In this document: piece after piece, positions 51,442 to 61,486 of the stretch
Layout: each line of letters opens with the position of its first letter
How positions within the stretch are numbered: the stretch's first letter is position 1
The notes under the pieces: model-generated
What the model was told of the DNA's origin: nothing
The model's input: the letters and a program-made list of their open reading frames with translations, nothing else
Database searches by the model: none
Assembly (NCBI GenBank): GCA_963697895.1
Contig: OY969100.1
Coordinates: 736,001 to 800,000 of the forward strand
DNA length: 64,000 bases
From: an uncultured Methanomicrobiales archaeon
GTDB taxonomy: Archaea > Halobacteriota > Methanomicrobia > Methanomicrobiales > Methanospirillaceae
Direction: 5' to 3'
Position numbers and translations under genes: made by a program

Positions 51442-53270
51442 CGCTCGAAAAAGCCATAAATCTCATGAAAATAACGTTCCCATCCCGGATTAAGACGATC
51501 CGGATTCCACTCGAGGATACAGTCGGAAGGATAACCGCTTCGGCGGTATTTGCAAAGTACTCGGTCCCGGGCGTTCATCTCTCCGCGATGGACGGTATCG
51601 CGGTGAAAAGTGGGGATACTATAGGGGCTGATGAGCAGCACCCCGTTACCCTTCCGGTTTCAGTCCTGGTCAATACAGGAAATATCGTTCCTCCGGGTTT
51701 CGACGCGGTGATTATGGTCGAAGATGTCTGGGAGGAGAAAGGTCATTATACGATCAGAAGATCTGTTAGTCCATGGCAGCATATCCGTCCGGCAGGCGAA
51801 GACATCGCGGAATCTGAGATGATTATTCCTTCGCTACACCGGATACGTCCGCACGAACTCGGTGCCCTTGCTGCATACGGAGTGACCCATCTGGATGTGA
51901 TCACCCTCCGAATAGGGCTGGTCCCGACAGGAAGTGAGCTGATATCCCCGGGTATTCGTCCCGCTCCCGGTCAGGTTATCGAGAGCAATACCGTCATGGC
52001 AGCAGCATGGCTGACCTCGATGGGGGCGGAATGCACGCGTTACCCGATTACCCGGGATGAACCCGACCAGATCCATGACGCATTGCATCGCGCTGTCGCC
52101 GAGAACGATATGGTTATCATTTCAGCCGGATCCTCGGCAGGCACCCGCGATTACACGGCTCAGACTATTGCCGACATGGGAGAAGTGCTCATCCACGGGG
52201 TCTCAATAAAGCCTGGAAAACCGGTGATCGTGGGAAAGATTGATGGGAAACCCGTTATCGGGATGCCGGGATATCCCCTGTCGGCGCTGACGGTCCTTCG
52301 TGAGGTCGTGAAGCCCCTCCTCACGCAGTATGGGTTCCAGAACAGCGAAGAGGAGGTTCTTGAAGCGATACTCACCCGCAATTTGCACTCCGATATCGGC
52401 ACCGATGAATTTGTGCTCCTCTCAATCGGGAGGATCCATGACCGCTGGGTTGCCATTCCACAATCAAGGGGTTCCGGCATTCAGATGAGTGCCGTTCGCG
52501 CGAATGCATATCTCAGGATTCCTGGTGCACGGGAAGGCTACGAAGCAGGTGATCGGGTCGAAGTACATCTGATGGCTAACCGGCATCTGGCAGAAACGGC
52601 GCTTCTGATAACCGGAAGCCACGACCCGGCACTCGACTACCTCGCCGATCTGGTCCGGATAGGGGATGTGGAACTTCATTCAACGCATACAGGAAGCATG
52701 GGTGGACTTATCGCCCTTTCGAGGGACGAATGTCACGCTGCCCCCATGCATCTCCTCGCGGCGGACGGGACCTATAATACCGAGTACCTCTCCCGCTTTA
52801 TGCCCGGCATCAACCTGACTTTGATCTGTATTGCGGAACGGGAACAGGGCATCGTTTCGAAGGATGGGATATCCCTTGACGGGGTTGTTGGGCGGCGGTT
52901 TATTAACCGGCAGAAGGGTTCAGGAACCAGGATGCTCCTCGATTATGAGTTGAAACGCCGGGGGATCGATCCTGCTGCGATCCGGGGTTATGACCACGAA
53001 GTGACTACCCATATCGCGGTCGCACTTGCGGTCATGACCGGTGAGGCCGATGCAGGCATGTGCGTAGCAAGTGCGGCAAAGGCGCTTTCACTTCCGTTCG
53101 TGCCGGTTGCAAAGGAACGGTATGAGCTGGTGCTCCGTACCGAACATCTGCAGGATTCCCGTATAGATGTACTCATCGATGCGATAGGGTCCCCTCAGTT
53201 CAGCTCTGTCCTCGCCCGACTCGGCGGGTACGATCTGAAAGAAACCGGCGTGCGGAGGATACTGCCATAG
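51414..53270 (+). CDS. moeA: MoeA fused to a periplasmic-binding-protein-like domain
   Basis: SAMDGIAV, KPGKP; C-terminal GSHD, GSMGGL, INRQKGSGTR. Confidence 0.92.
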   Translation: MGERYLNVITLEKAINLMKITFPSRIKTIRIPLEDTVGRITASAVFAKYSVPGVHLSAMDGIAVKSGDTIGADEQHPVTLPVSVLVNTGNIVPPGFDAVIMVEDVWEEKGHYTIRRSVSPWQHIRPAGEDIAESEMIIPSLHRIRPHELGALAAYGVTHLDVITLRIGLVPTGSELISPGIRPAPGQVIESNTVMAAAWLTSMGAECTRYPITRDEPDQIHDALHRAVAENDMVIISAGSSAGTRDYTAQTIADMGEVLIHGVSIKPGKPVIVGKIDGKPVIGMPGYPLSALTVLREVVKPLLTQYGFQNSEEEVLEAILTRNLHSDIGTDEFVLLSIGRIHDRWVAIPQSRGSGIQMSAVRANAYLRIPGAREGYEAGDRVEVHLMANRHLAETALLITGSHDPALDYLADLVRIGDVELHSTHTGSMGGLIALSRDECHAAPMHLLAADGTYNTEYLSRFMPGINLTLICIAEREQGIVSKDGISLDGVVGRRFINRQKGSGTRMLLDYELKRRGIDPAAIRGYDHEVTTHIAVALAVMTGEADAGMCVASAAKALSLPFVPVAKERYELVLRTEHLQDSRIDVLIDAIGSPQFSSVLARLGGYDLKETGVRRILP

Positions 53271-53682
53271 AAACCGCTTCCTCCGGGGTACGAGAGATCG
53301 ATACCCCGGGAATATCCCAGCTCCGGTATCCGCATACCGTACGCCCTATCTTTAACGCGATTGCAATTTCACTCAGAGTGCCGTAGGATCCCCCGATTGC
53401 GACGATCGCATCGGATGATTGTACAAGAACCGCATTCCGGGCATAACCGAGTCCGGTCCGGATTACCAGATCGATGTAGGGGTTTCCTTCCCCGGTGTGC
53501 GGAATGATCCCGACCGTCCTTCCCGACCGGACCTTTGCACCCCTGCAGGCGGCTTCCATCACCCCGGACAATCCGCCGCAGAGGAGTACGCCCTCTTGTT
53601 CCGCTATTAACTCTCCTGCCATCATCGCCGCAGCGTATTCCTCCGGCGTACAGTCACCCGGTCCTATCACCCCGATCTGCAT
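53200..53682 (-). CDS. LOG family (TIGR00725-type) protein
   Basis: IGVIG, CGGLSGVMEA, ARNAVLV, GGSYGTLSEI. Confidence 0.9.
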   Translation of the reverse strand: MQIGVIGPGDCTPEEYAAAMMAGELIAEQEGVLLCGGLSGVMEAACRGAKVRSGRTVGIIPHTGEGNPYIDLVIRTGLGYARNAVLVQSSDAIVAIGGSYGTLSEIAIALKIGRTVCGYRSWDIPGVSISRTPEEAVSMAVSSARRFLSDRTRRVGRGQS

Positions 53683-53822
53683 AAGGATTCCCTTTGACAC
53701 TGGAGATATAATCGTTCCGGCATGGATCTCAGACCCGCAAACTACTTTGTGCCTGCAGGATAATAGTTGTGGAATCACGCTCATCACGGTTTTTTGGCCG
53801 GGAGCGCCCCCGGGGGATTAGG

Positions 53823-56800
53823 GTGAAGGAAGTCACCAGCAGCTATAACGCACGCGAGATAGAGGACGCAGTACAGCAGTACTGGAGTACGGAACGTGTA
53901 TATGAACAGGTGAAGGATCTCCATAGGGACGATCCACCGTTTTTCTTTGTGGATGGTCCGCCATACACCACCGGACATATCCACCTCGGCACCGCGTGGA
54001 ACAAGATAATCAAGGATAGTGTGCTCCGGTTCAAGCGGATGTGCGGGAATAATGTGATTGCCCGGGCCGGGTATGACATGCACGGACTGCCAATAGAGGT
54101 CAGGGTCGAGCAACAACTCGGGTTTTCCTCAAAGAAGGACATCGAGAAGTACGGAATCGAGGAGTTTATTGCGGAATGCCGTTCATTTGCCGCACGGAAT
54201 AAGGATGTGATGAGTGAGCAGTTCAAACGCCTCGGCGTCTGGCTCGATTTCGATGATCCCTACCAGACGATGCAGCCTGAGTACATCGAGTCAGCATGGT
54301 GGACGATAAAGCAGGCTGACGACCGCGGCATGCTGGAGAGAGGATACCGTGTAGTGAACTGGTGCCCCCGCTGTGCAACCGCGATTGCCGACGCAGAGGT
54401 CGAGTATTGGGATGAACGGGATCCCTCCATCTTTGTAAAGTTCCCCGTCGATGAGAAGCCGGGTGAATTCCTCGTTATCTGGACCACCACTCCCTGGACA
54501 TTGCCGGCCAATGTCGCAGTCGCGGTGCACCCCTCTCTTACCTACGCCCGTGTACAGGCGGAAAAGGACGGCCGGAATGAGATTCTCTGGATCGCAGAAC
54601 CCCTTGTCGAGCCAGTGCTCCGCCGGGGCCGTTACCAGCATTTCACGATCTTGGAGAAGAGACCGGGCATAGATCTGGTCGGGCTGACCTACCACTCACC
54701 GCTTCGCCACCGGATCCCGCTGCAGGATGAGATCGAACACCGGGTAGTGACTGCAGACTTTGTCACCGTTGAAAATACCGGCCTTGTTCATATCGCACCG
54801 GGGCATGGCTGGGATGACTATCTCCTCGGTTGCCGTGAAGGGCTGCCGATCGTCTGTCCGGTGGATACGACTGGTTGTTTCACTGATGAAGGGGGATTTC
54901 TCGCATGCATGTACGTTAAGGATGCAAATCAACCGGTCCTGGACGAACTGGGTGAGCATCTTATGGCGGAAGAGACCGTGATCCATCGGTACGGACATTG
55001 CTGGCGATGCAAGACACCGATCATATTCCGAGCAACAGAGCAATGGTTTCTCAAGGCGACGGAGATTCGCGAGCGGATGCTTGAGGAAGTGAAGGAAGTC
55101 ACATGGTTTCCGGAATGGGCAGGGAGCGCCCGTTTTTACGACTGGATCAAAGATGCCCGTGACTGGTGCATTTCCCGTCAACGGTTCTGGGGGATTCCCA
55201 TCCCAATCTGGCAATGCGATTCCTGCCCGAATACACGGATAATCGGAACCATACAGGAACTCGAGGGGCTTATCGGCACTTCGATACCGGATCTCCACAG
55301 GCCATACGTAGACCGGGTGACGATCCCTTGTTCCTGTGGGGGTACCATGCACCGGGTCGAGGATATCTTCGATGTCTGGTTCGATTCAGCGGTGGCATCC
55401 TGGGCGACGCTCCGCTTTCCGGGGCAGACCAAAGCGTTTTCCGAGCTATGGCCTGCAGATTTCATTACAGAGGGCCAGGATCAGACTCGGGGGTGGTTCT
55501 ATTCCCAACTCGGTGCAAGCACGATCGCCTTCAACCGGGCCCCGTACAGGAATGTGCTGATGCATGGGTTTGCCCTGGATGCAGAAGGCCGGAAGATGAG
55601 CAAGAGCCTCGGAAACGTGGTCACGCCGGAAGAGGTGTGCATAAAGGCCGGGGTTGATGTCCTCAGACTCTATGTACTCTCCCAGAGCGCTCCCTGGGAC
55701 GACCTGAAATTCAACTGGGAGGGGATTCGGACGACCAGCCGCGCCATTAACATCTTCTGGAATGTATACCGTTTCCCTCTCCCGTATATGATCCTGGATG
55801 GATTTACCCCTGCTGACGCTGCTCCATGGGATGGGGAGTATATAAGGGAGCATATCAGCGGAATGCCACCCGAAGACCGCTGGATTATCTCACGGGTCAA
55901 TTCCCTTTCCATGGAGGTAGAGGCTGCGATGCATGACTGCGAGTTGCACCATGCCACCCGTGCTTTGATTCGTTTTATCCTGGAAGATCTTTCCCGATGG
56001 TACGTCCAGCTGGTACGGCCCCGGATGTGGCTGGAAGGTGAATCAGAAGAGAAAAAATTCGCCTACGAAACCATGTATTACGTCATGAGAGGCCTCGTCC
56101 AGCTTCTTGCACCGTTTGTCCCGCACATCACGGAAGAGATATACCGGAACCTGCGACTAACGGGTGATCCTGGGAGTGTCCATATGCTCCCGAATATGGG
56201 CTCTGAAAGTCTCCTTATCGATCAGAACCTCGAATCTGATATGGAGATCGCGCGGGCATTCGACGACGCCCAGGCAAATGCGCGACAGGCAGGGAAGAGG
56301 AAGCTCCGATGGCCGATCGGGAACTGCGTCGTGGTTACCCGTTCGTCCCATATCCGGGACGCCCTCCGCCGACTGAACATCATCTGCAGAGACCGGGCAA
56401 ATGCATGTGAGGTTCAGGTCCAAGACACCGCATGGGACCGTATCGGATGGCAGGCCGAGCCGGTCATGAAGGTACTCGGACCCGCATTCGGACGGGATGC
56501 TCCCCGGGTCCGGGAACTAATCATAAAGAGTGACCCCTTTATCCTGAAACAGGCACTTGATGCCGGAAAGACCGTGACCCTGGGAGACGCAAACGTGCGT
56601 TATGAGATAACCGCAGAACATGTCAGTTTCCAGGAACGGTTACCCGAGGATGTATTTTCGGCCCCGATGGAAGGTGCAACGGTCTATGTGGATATCGCAC
56701 TCACCCCGGAACTGGAGGCGGAGGGATATGCGAGGGAGATCATCAGAAGACTGCAGGAGATGAGACGAATGCTGGATCTCAATGTCGATGATTTCATCAG

Positions 56801-57008
56801 GGTTACAATCGTGATCTCTGACACCCGGATAGGAGACCTTGTGAGGGATCAATGGATGCTGGGGATACAGGATGAGGTCAGGGCCCGTGAATTAACCATT
56901 TATTCGGATTCGGATCGGATTGTTTCCGGAGATCACGAACTGGTGAAAAACTGGGAAATTGAAGGAATTCCAATCGGGATCGCCATTTCAAAAGCTTCCG
57001 ATCAGTGA
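53823..57008 (+). CDS. ileS: Isoleucyl-tRNA synthetase
   Basis: DGPPYTTGHIHLG, WTTTPWTLP, DWCISRQR, GQDQTRGWF, KMSKS; probable GTG start at 53823. Confidence 0.98.
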   Translation: MKEVTSSYNAREIEDAVQQYWSTERVYEQVKDLHRDDPPFFFVDGPPYTTGHIHLGTAWNKIIKDSVLRFKRMCGNNVIARAGYDMHGLPIEVRVEQQLGFSSKKDIEKYGIEEFIAECRSFAARNKDVMSEQFKRLGVWLDFDDPYQTMQPEYIESAWWTIKQADDRGMLERGYRVVNWCPRCATAIADAEVEYWDERDPSIFVKFPVDEKPGEFLVIWTTTPWTLPANVAVAVHPSLTYARVQAEKDGRNEILWIAEPLVEPVLRRGRYQHFTILEKRPGIDLVGLTYHSPLRHRIPLQDEIEHRVVTADFVTVENTGLVHIAPGHGWDDYLLGCREGLPIVCPVDTTGCFTDEGGFLACMYVKDANQPVLDELGEHLMAEETVIHRYGHCWRCKTPIIFRATEQWFLKATEIRERMLEEVKEVTWFPEWAGSARFYDWIKDARDWCISRQRFWGIPIPIWQCDSCPNTRIIGTIQELEGLIGTSIPDLHRPYVDRVTIPCSCGGTMHRVEDIFDVWFDSAVASWATLRFPGQTKAFSELWPADFITEGQDQTRGWFYSQLGASTIAFNRAPYRNVLMHGFALDAEGRKMSKSLGNVVTPEEVCIKAGVDVLRLYVLSQSAPWDDLKFNWEGIRTTSRAINIFWNVYRFPLPYMILDGFTPADAAPWDGEYIREHISGMPPEDRWIISRVNSLSMEVEAAMHDCELHHATRALIRFILEDLSRWYVQLVRPRMWLEGESEEKKFAYETMYYVMRGLVQLLAPFVPHITEEIYRNLRLTGDPGSVHMLPNMGSESLLIDQNLESDMEIARAFDDAQANARQAGKRKLRWPIGNCVVVTRSSHIRDALRRLNIICRDRANACEVQVQDTAWDRIGWQAEPVMKVLGPAFGRDAPRVRELIIKSDPFILKQALDAGKTVTLGDANVRYEITAEHVSFQERLPEDVFSAPMEGATVYVDIALTPELEAEGYAREIIRRLQEMRRMLDLNVDDFIRVTIVISDTRIGDLVRDQWMLGIQDEVRARELTIYSDSDRIVSGDHELVKNWEIEGIPIGIAISKASDQ

Positions 57009-57719
57009 GGAGATAAACAGCTTTCCTTCCGGTGAACCGAAGACCGGAATTTCCCGGTCGGAGACGACCACCGAGCGGGCGGTCTCCACCTCTTCCTGCC
57101 TGCGAGGGTTGTATCCCAGAACCGGGAAGGATTTTTTATAAATCATTACACCCCGACGCTGCCAGGAGGGTGTCTCTGCCAGGTTGATCCCGCGGGAGAA
57201 CATCATTTCATGAAGTTTTCGGGATGATACCCCTTTGAGTGCGGATGCTGCCTCCGGAGCGGTCATCCCCTCAACTATGAGGGCATGCTGGCAATATGCA
57301 TTCAGATGGTTCCGCCATGCCTCACTCTGCCGGTTGACCAGATATTCCTGGACAAGCGCAGGGGTCATCTGTACGATACGGGCATCAAATGAGACCGGCG
57401 AATCCGCTTTCAATTCCAATGTAAGGGCACTCGAGGCAAACGAAGCAGAAACTGAATCGATCTTCTCGACCCGTCCACCGAACGGCAGGTTCGTCATATA
57501 CAGACTGATCTCATCTGAAAATGTATATGCGAATTCAGGGTTGAGCCCGCTCTCCGCCGTAAGCCGGCGACATACTGCTTCCATCGCCTCACTGAACCGG
57601 AGATCGAATGGCTTTTCCAGAGCAATCCGTTCTACAAGACTGTGAAACGCCCGTCCATCGAGACGGAGAAAAATAGGTGGAACCGTAAGGAGATTGCTGA
57701 ACAATTCGCGGTGCTTCAT
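56988..57719 (-). CDS. thg1: tRNA(His) guanylyltransferase Thg1/TLP family
   Basis: RLDGRAFH, YTFSDEIS, FDAR, RQ.EAWRN. Confidence 0.93.
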   Translation of the reverse strand: MKHRELFSNLLTVPPIFLRLDGRAFHSLVERIALEKPFDLRFSEAMEAVCRRLTAESGLNPEFAYTFSDEISLYMTNLPFGGRVEKIDSVSASFASSALTLELKADSPVSFDARIVQMTPALVQEYLVNRQSEAWRNHLNAYCQHALIVEGMTAPEAASALKGVSSRKLHEMMFSRGINLAETPSWQRRGVMIYKKSFPVLGYNPRRQEEVETARSVVVSDREIPVFGSPEGKLFISSLIGSF

Positions 57720-57789
57720 GGAAGGATCCGGTTGTCCGGAATTGTTTCTCGTGAGCTGGTCGTCGTATGTGATATCATAAACTCAATTA

Positions 57790-58053
57790 TTATTCGTCAA
57801 AATTTCCCGTTTTAAACGCACCGGGGAGGTGTCGTATAAGGACGATGTCCCCGACACTCCGGATAATCCTGAAAGGTACCTTCAGACCCTTAAAATTCTT
57901 AATATCTATAAGCTGTGGGTTTAATTTCCCGACTACCAGTGATTCCATCTTTTTGCCTTCCACATCGATGAGCACATCCTCAACTTCTCCCACAAATACA
58001 CTCTTCTCTGTGTAGATATTCAGGCCAAACAGTTCAGTAATCTGCGTTCTCAT
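57790..58053 (-). CDS. PRC-barrel protein (possibly CdpB-like cell division factor)
   Basis: IYT..S.FVGEVEDVLID...VPF..I.SVGDIVLI. Confidence 0.88.
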   Translation of the reverse strand: MRTQITELFGLNIYTEKSVFVGEVEDVLIDVEGKKMESLVVGKLNPQLIDIKNFKGLKVPFRIIRSVGDIVLIRHLPGAFKTGNFDE

Positions 58054-58102
58054 CCTAATCACTGAAGGTATATACTATAATGGTTAAAAAGATACTCCTT
58101 TT

Positions 58103-59236
58103 ATGAACGGTTCTTTGAGGATTGGATCGATATTCCATATTCCCATTTTGATTCACTGGTCATTTCTTGTCATTATCCCTCTCTTCGCATGGATCATCGG
58201 GACAGCGATCGTTCTGACCACCGATCTGATTTCATCATTGTACAGGATACCTATAGATACATCAGTTATCACCGCCGGGTATATGCCGTATATTCTCGGA
58301 ACGGTCGTTGCCATCGGCCTCTTCATCGGTGTGCTGATTCATGAATTGTCTCATTCTTATTATGCCATGAAACACGGCATCAAGATCAACAGCATAACCC
58401 TCCTCTTCTTCGGCGGGATATCGTCCATGGAAGAAGGCACCCCGGAACCGAATGTAGAACTCCTGATGGCTGCGGTCGGGCCCCTGGCCAGTCTCGCGGT
58501 TGGTCTTGTCTGTGTCCCCCTGGTATATGCAAGCCAGTATGTTATCGCCGATCCCGGCATGGAAGGAGTATTTGTTTTTATCTTCGGATATCTGGGCCTG
58601 CTCAACATCCTTCTCTTTGGCTTTAATCTTATCCCCGCTTTCCCTATGGATGGCGGCCGTGTCCTCCGGGCCTGGCTGGCACGAACAATGCCCCTCCCGC
58701 GGGCAACCCAGATCGCGGCCAACGTGGGAAAGGTATTTGCGGTGATATTTGGAATTGTCGGGATCGTTTTCCTGAATTTTATCCTGATCATTATTGCACT
58801 CTTCATATATCTCGGCGCCAGCCAGGAATCGACCGCAGTAAAATACAGTTTTCTGCTGAAAGACGTGAAAGTTCGGGATATAATGAGCGGATCGGTTATG
58901 ACCCTGCCCCCGACAATGCCTGTCCGGGACATGATCCAGCATATGTACACCACCAAACATCTGGGATTCCCGGTTGTGGAGAACGGGGTGCTGATCGGAA
59001 TGGTCACCCTTAACGATGTTCACCGCGTCCCGCAACTTGACCGTGAGGCAATGCAGGTCAAGGACATCATGAGCCGGAATGTCATTGCCCTTCCTCCCGA
59101 TGCTCCGGTCATAGACGCACTGAGGATCATGTCGACTCGGGATATTGGTCGTGTTCCGATCCTGGATAACAGTCAGCTGGTGGGAATTGTAACCCGCAAT
59201 GATATTATGAAGGTAATGGAACTCCGTGAAGCCTAA
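58103..59236 (+). CDS. Site-2 (M50) protease with CBS pair
   Basis: HELSH, NLIPAFPMDGGR, two CBS domains. Confidence 0.94.
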   Translation: MNGSLRIGSIFHIPILIHWSFLVIIPLFAWIIGTAIVLTTDLISSLYRIPIDTSVITAGYMPYILGTVVAIGLFIGVLIHELSHSYYAMKHGIKINSITLLFFGGISSMEEGTPEPNVELLMAAVGPLASLAVGLVCVPLVYASQYVIADPGMEGVFVFIFGYLGLLNILLFGFNLIPAFPMDGGRVLRAWLARTMPLPRATQIAANVGKVFAVIFGIVGIVFLNFILIIIALFIYLGASQESTAVKYSFLLKDVKVRDIMSGSVMTLPPTMPVRDMIQHMYTTKHLGFPVVENGVLIGMVTLNDVHRVPQLDREAMQVKDIMSRNVIALPPDAPVIDALRIMSTRDIGRVPILDNSQLVGIVTRNDIMKVMELREA

Positions 59237-60876
59237 ATTCGGATAAGGTGATCGATAGGGGTGGTACCGGCAGTCGCATTAAAGTCTTCCATGGATGAAA
59301 ATGGCCTTTTTGCGACGATCATCCCTGCTTTTTTCTTCCCGATCCCGGGGATCCAGCGCAATCCGCTCATGGGAATATGGTTGATATCCAACGGAACCGG
59401 CAGGCAGGTGACGGATCGGGCCCCATTTGCAATAACAACCGCATCCAACACAGAACGGATCGGGAGGTCAAGAGGAATTCCCACAAGGATCGGATAGGAT
59501 CCCATCTGTCTTCCGAAGGAAACGGTATCCCGCTTTTCGATGATGACATCCCGCAGGACGGTTCCCACGGGAAACACCTCCCTGAGCATCGGAGTATCGA
59601 TGGTTCGGCGCACGAACTCCTTAAAGGATCGGAAACGCGCATCGTGCCTGCCCAGAGTATTCAGAGAATATGCTTTAGTTCCTTCAAAAGGCATCAACTG
59701 CCGTATGTTTATCCTCCGGAGGAGGAGACCACTCGAACGGACCGAAGCAAGAAACTGCTCATTCAGATTAAATGTCTGCAATGTTTCTCCCGGAAGCCCT
59801 ATTACAAAATTCAGGCCGGGCAGCAACTCGGGGATTCCCGACCGGCGTACACCGCCGACCTCGTTGATAATCCGGATCGCAGACATGACCTCTTCGGGAC
59901 TTGCCTTCAGATTATTCCGTGAAATAACGGCTGGGTCCGCCGTTTCCATCCCGCATGCCGCAACATCGCCCGGGGTATGCCCTTCGATGATCGCCTGCAG
60001 TGCCGCTCGCGCCGATTCTTCATGGTGTGCTATTGTACCGGGGTTGACATTGTCGATGTGCAGCGTAAGCAGCCCGGGAGCTTCTTGTCTGATTATATGG
60101 AACAGATCCTCGATATGGTCCGGACGTGGTGCGGGGAACTCGCCGTGTGCGGCACCGTATACCAGAATATCCGGCTGTCTCCCCAGCCGGAAGTGCCGGG
60201 CACCCGCCGCATATAGCGCCGCGATCTCGTCCCCGATTCCTTCAATCGAACGGTACTTTGGAGGCCCGTAGAAGGGTTCAGTACAAAACGAGCACCCGCC
60301 GCTTATAAACCGCGTGCATCCACGACCGGTCTCGAGTTCGCACATCACGTAGGGAAACGAAGGGTGCTGTGCGACAACGAAACTCCCTGCGACAGCCCAC
60401 CGGTCATTCTGTGCATAATCCAGCACACCTCGTGGGTTCCGTCCCTGGAGCAGTGCATCGAGTGCCTCGGCAGCCGAACCCTCGAGAAAATGATCGAATC
60501 CCGAAATCGCCTGCTTTATTGCCTTCGTTCCTCCTTCGGGTGCATAACCGAATCCAATAGGGCCCCCTATGACACGCCTCGTACCCCTGAGCATGCCCCC
60601 GATCTGCTGCAGCTCGGTGAGCGTAACCGGGGATCCGCCCAGGTACTTTCCGGGAACGGTAACGCCGGCGATAACGATGACCAACTCAGCCTTTGAGATG
60701 GCTCTCAGAAGCTTCGGATCAATCCTGATCTGATCGATTGTCACGTATTGTGCGGCATACCCGTGCTCTGCGAGTACACCCGCAACAGTACGAATATACG
60801 GGGAGAGATAAGGGGGAACCCCGAGGCACGCGGGCTCATCCACGTATCCGTCCAGAATTACGGCATCAGCACTCAT
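59233..60876 (-). CDS. Radical SAM protein with C-terminal helix-hairpin-helix
   Basis: DGYVDEPACLGVPPY; RGC......CSFC with extended spacing; IPGIGKK HhH. Confidence 0.9.
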   Translation of the reverse strand: MSADAVILDGYVDEPACLGVPPYLSPYIRTVAGVLAEHGYAAQYVTIDQIRIDPKLLRAISKAELVIVIAGVTVPGKYLGGSPVTLTELQQIGGMLRGTRRVIGGPIGFGYAPEGGTKAIKQAISGFDHFLEGSAAEALDALLQGRNPRGVLDYAQNDRWAVAGSFVVAQHPSFPYVMCELETGRGCTRFISGGCSFCTEPFYGPPKYRSIEGIGDEIAALYAAGARHFRLGRQPDILVYGAAHGEFPAPRPDHIEDLFHIIRQEAPGLLTLHIDNVNPGTIAHHEESARAALQAIIEGHTPGDVAACGMETADPAVISRNNLKASPEEVMSAIRIINEVGGVRRSGIPELLPGLNFVIGLPGETLQTFNLNEQFLASVRSSGLLLRRINIRQLMPFEGTKAYSLNTLGRHDARFRSFKEFVRRTIDTPMLREVFPVGTVLRDVIIEKRDTVSFGRQMGSYPILVGIPLDLPIRSVLDAVVIANGARSVTCLPVPLDINHIPMSGLRWIPGIGKKKAGMIVAKRPFSSMEDFNATAGTTPIDHLIRI

Positions 60877-61486
60877 ATCCGATAACCGCGAGAAGTCGTC
60901 GAGCCCAGTATAGCTTTCCCCGTTTTACCGGGTCCACATCCTGATCATCCAGATCGAAACCGATGATCCGGATCCGTTCCGCACCGAGCGCTTGGGCCGC
61001 AAATACGGCCCGATCTCCGTCCGTAAACCCGCCATAATTGTGGACTCCGTTAAAAGGGACACTCTGCGTGGTCGCGACAACAGGGCCTTCAAAACGGGGT
61101 ACCCAATAGCGAAGCAGCGGGATATTATCCCCATGGGCATGGACGACCATGACAGTGCCCTTTCGGTTCAGTTCCGGAAAGGTATCGGTTGCCCCGTCGA
61201 GGTCCGTAAAGACCGCATCAGGCCTGATCCCCTCTGATACAAGCACCTCTGTTGCTGCATCCGCAGCAAAGATATTTCCTGATACCATGTTCGTTTCCCG
61301 ACGAAGACAAGGGGCATTCCCACATACCGTCACAGTCTTCCCTTTGCAGAGGGAAACGAGGACAGGTAATCCGTCGAAGGGCAGGAGGGAGGCGAGCAGG
61401 CATGCTGCCTCTTCATCCCTTTTTCGATCGAACGAGAAATATTCGCAAATTTCCTGATAATAGGGTTCCCAATCCTCAAATCTCAT
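60866..61486 (-). CDS. mptE: 6-hydroxymethyl-7,8-dihydropterin pyrophosphokinase MptE
   Basis: AAD, TDLDG, VHAHGDN, GGFTDGDRA. Confidence 0.9.
   Translation of the reverse strand: MRFEDWEPYYQEICEYFSFDRKRDEEAACLLASLLPFDGLPVLVSLCKGKTVTVCGNAPCLRRETNMVSGNIFAADAATEVLVSEGIRPDAVFTDLDGATDTFPELNRKGTVMVVHAHGDNIPLLRYWVPRFEGPVVATTQSVPFNGVHNYGGFTDGDRAVFAAQALGAERIRIIGFDLDDQDVDPVKRGKLYWARRLLAVIGYEC

Noticed and set aside
56988-57719. Pyrrolysine read-through in Thg1, as known from Methanosarcina
   Set aside because: The ORF is continuous with no in-frame TAG.
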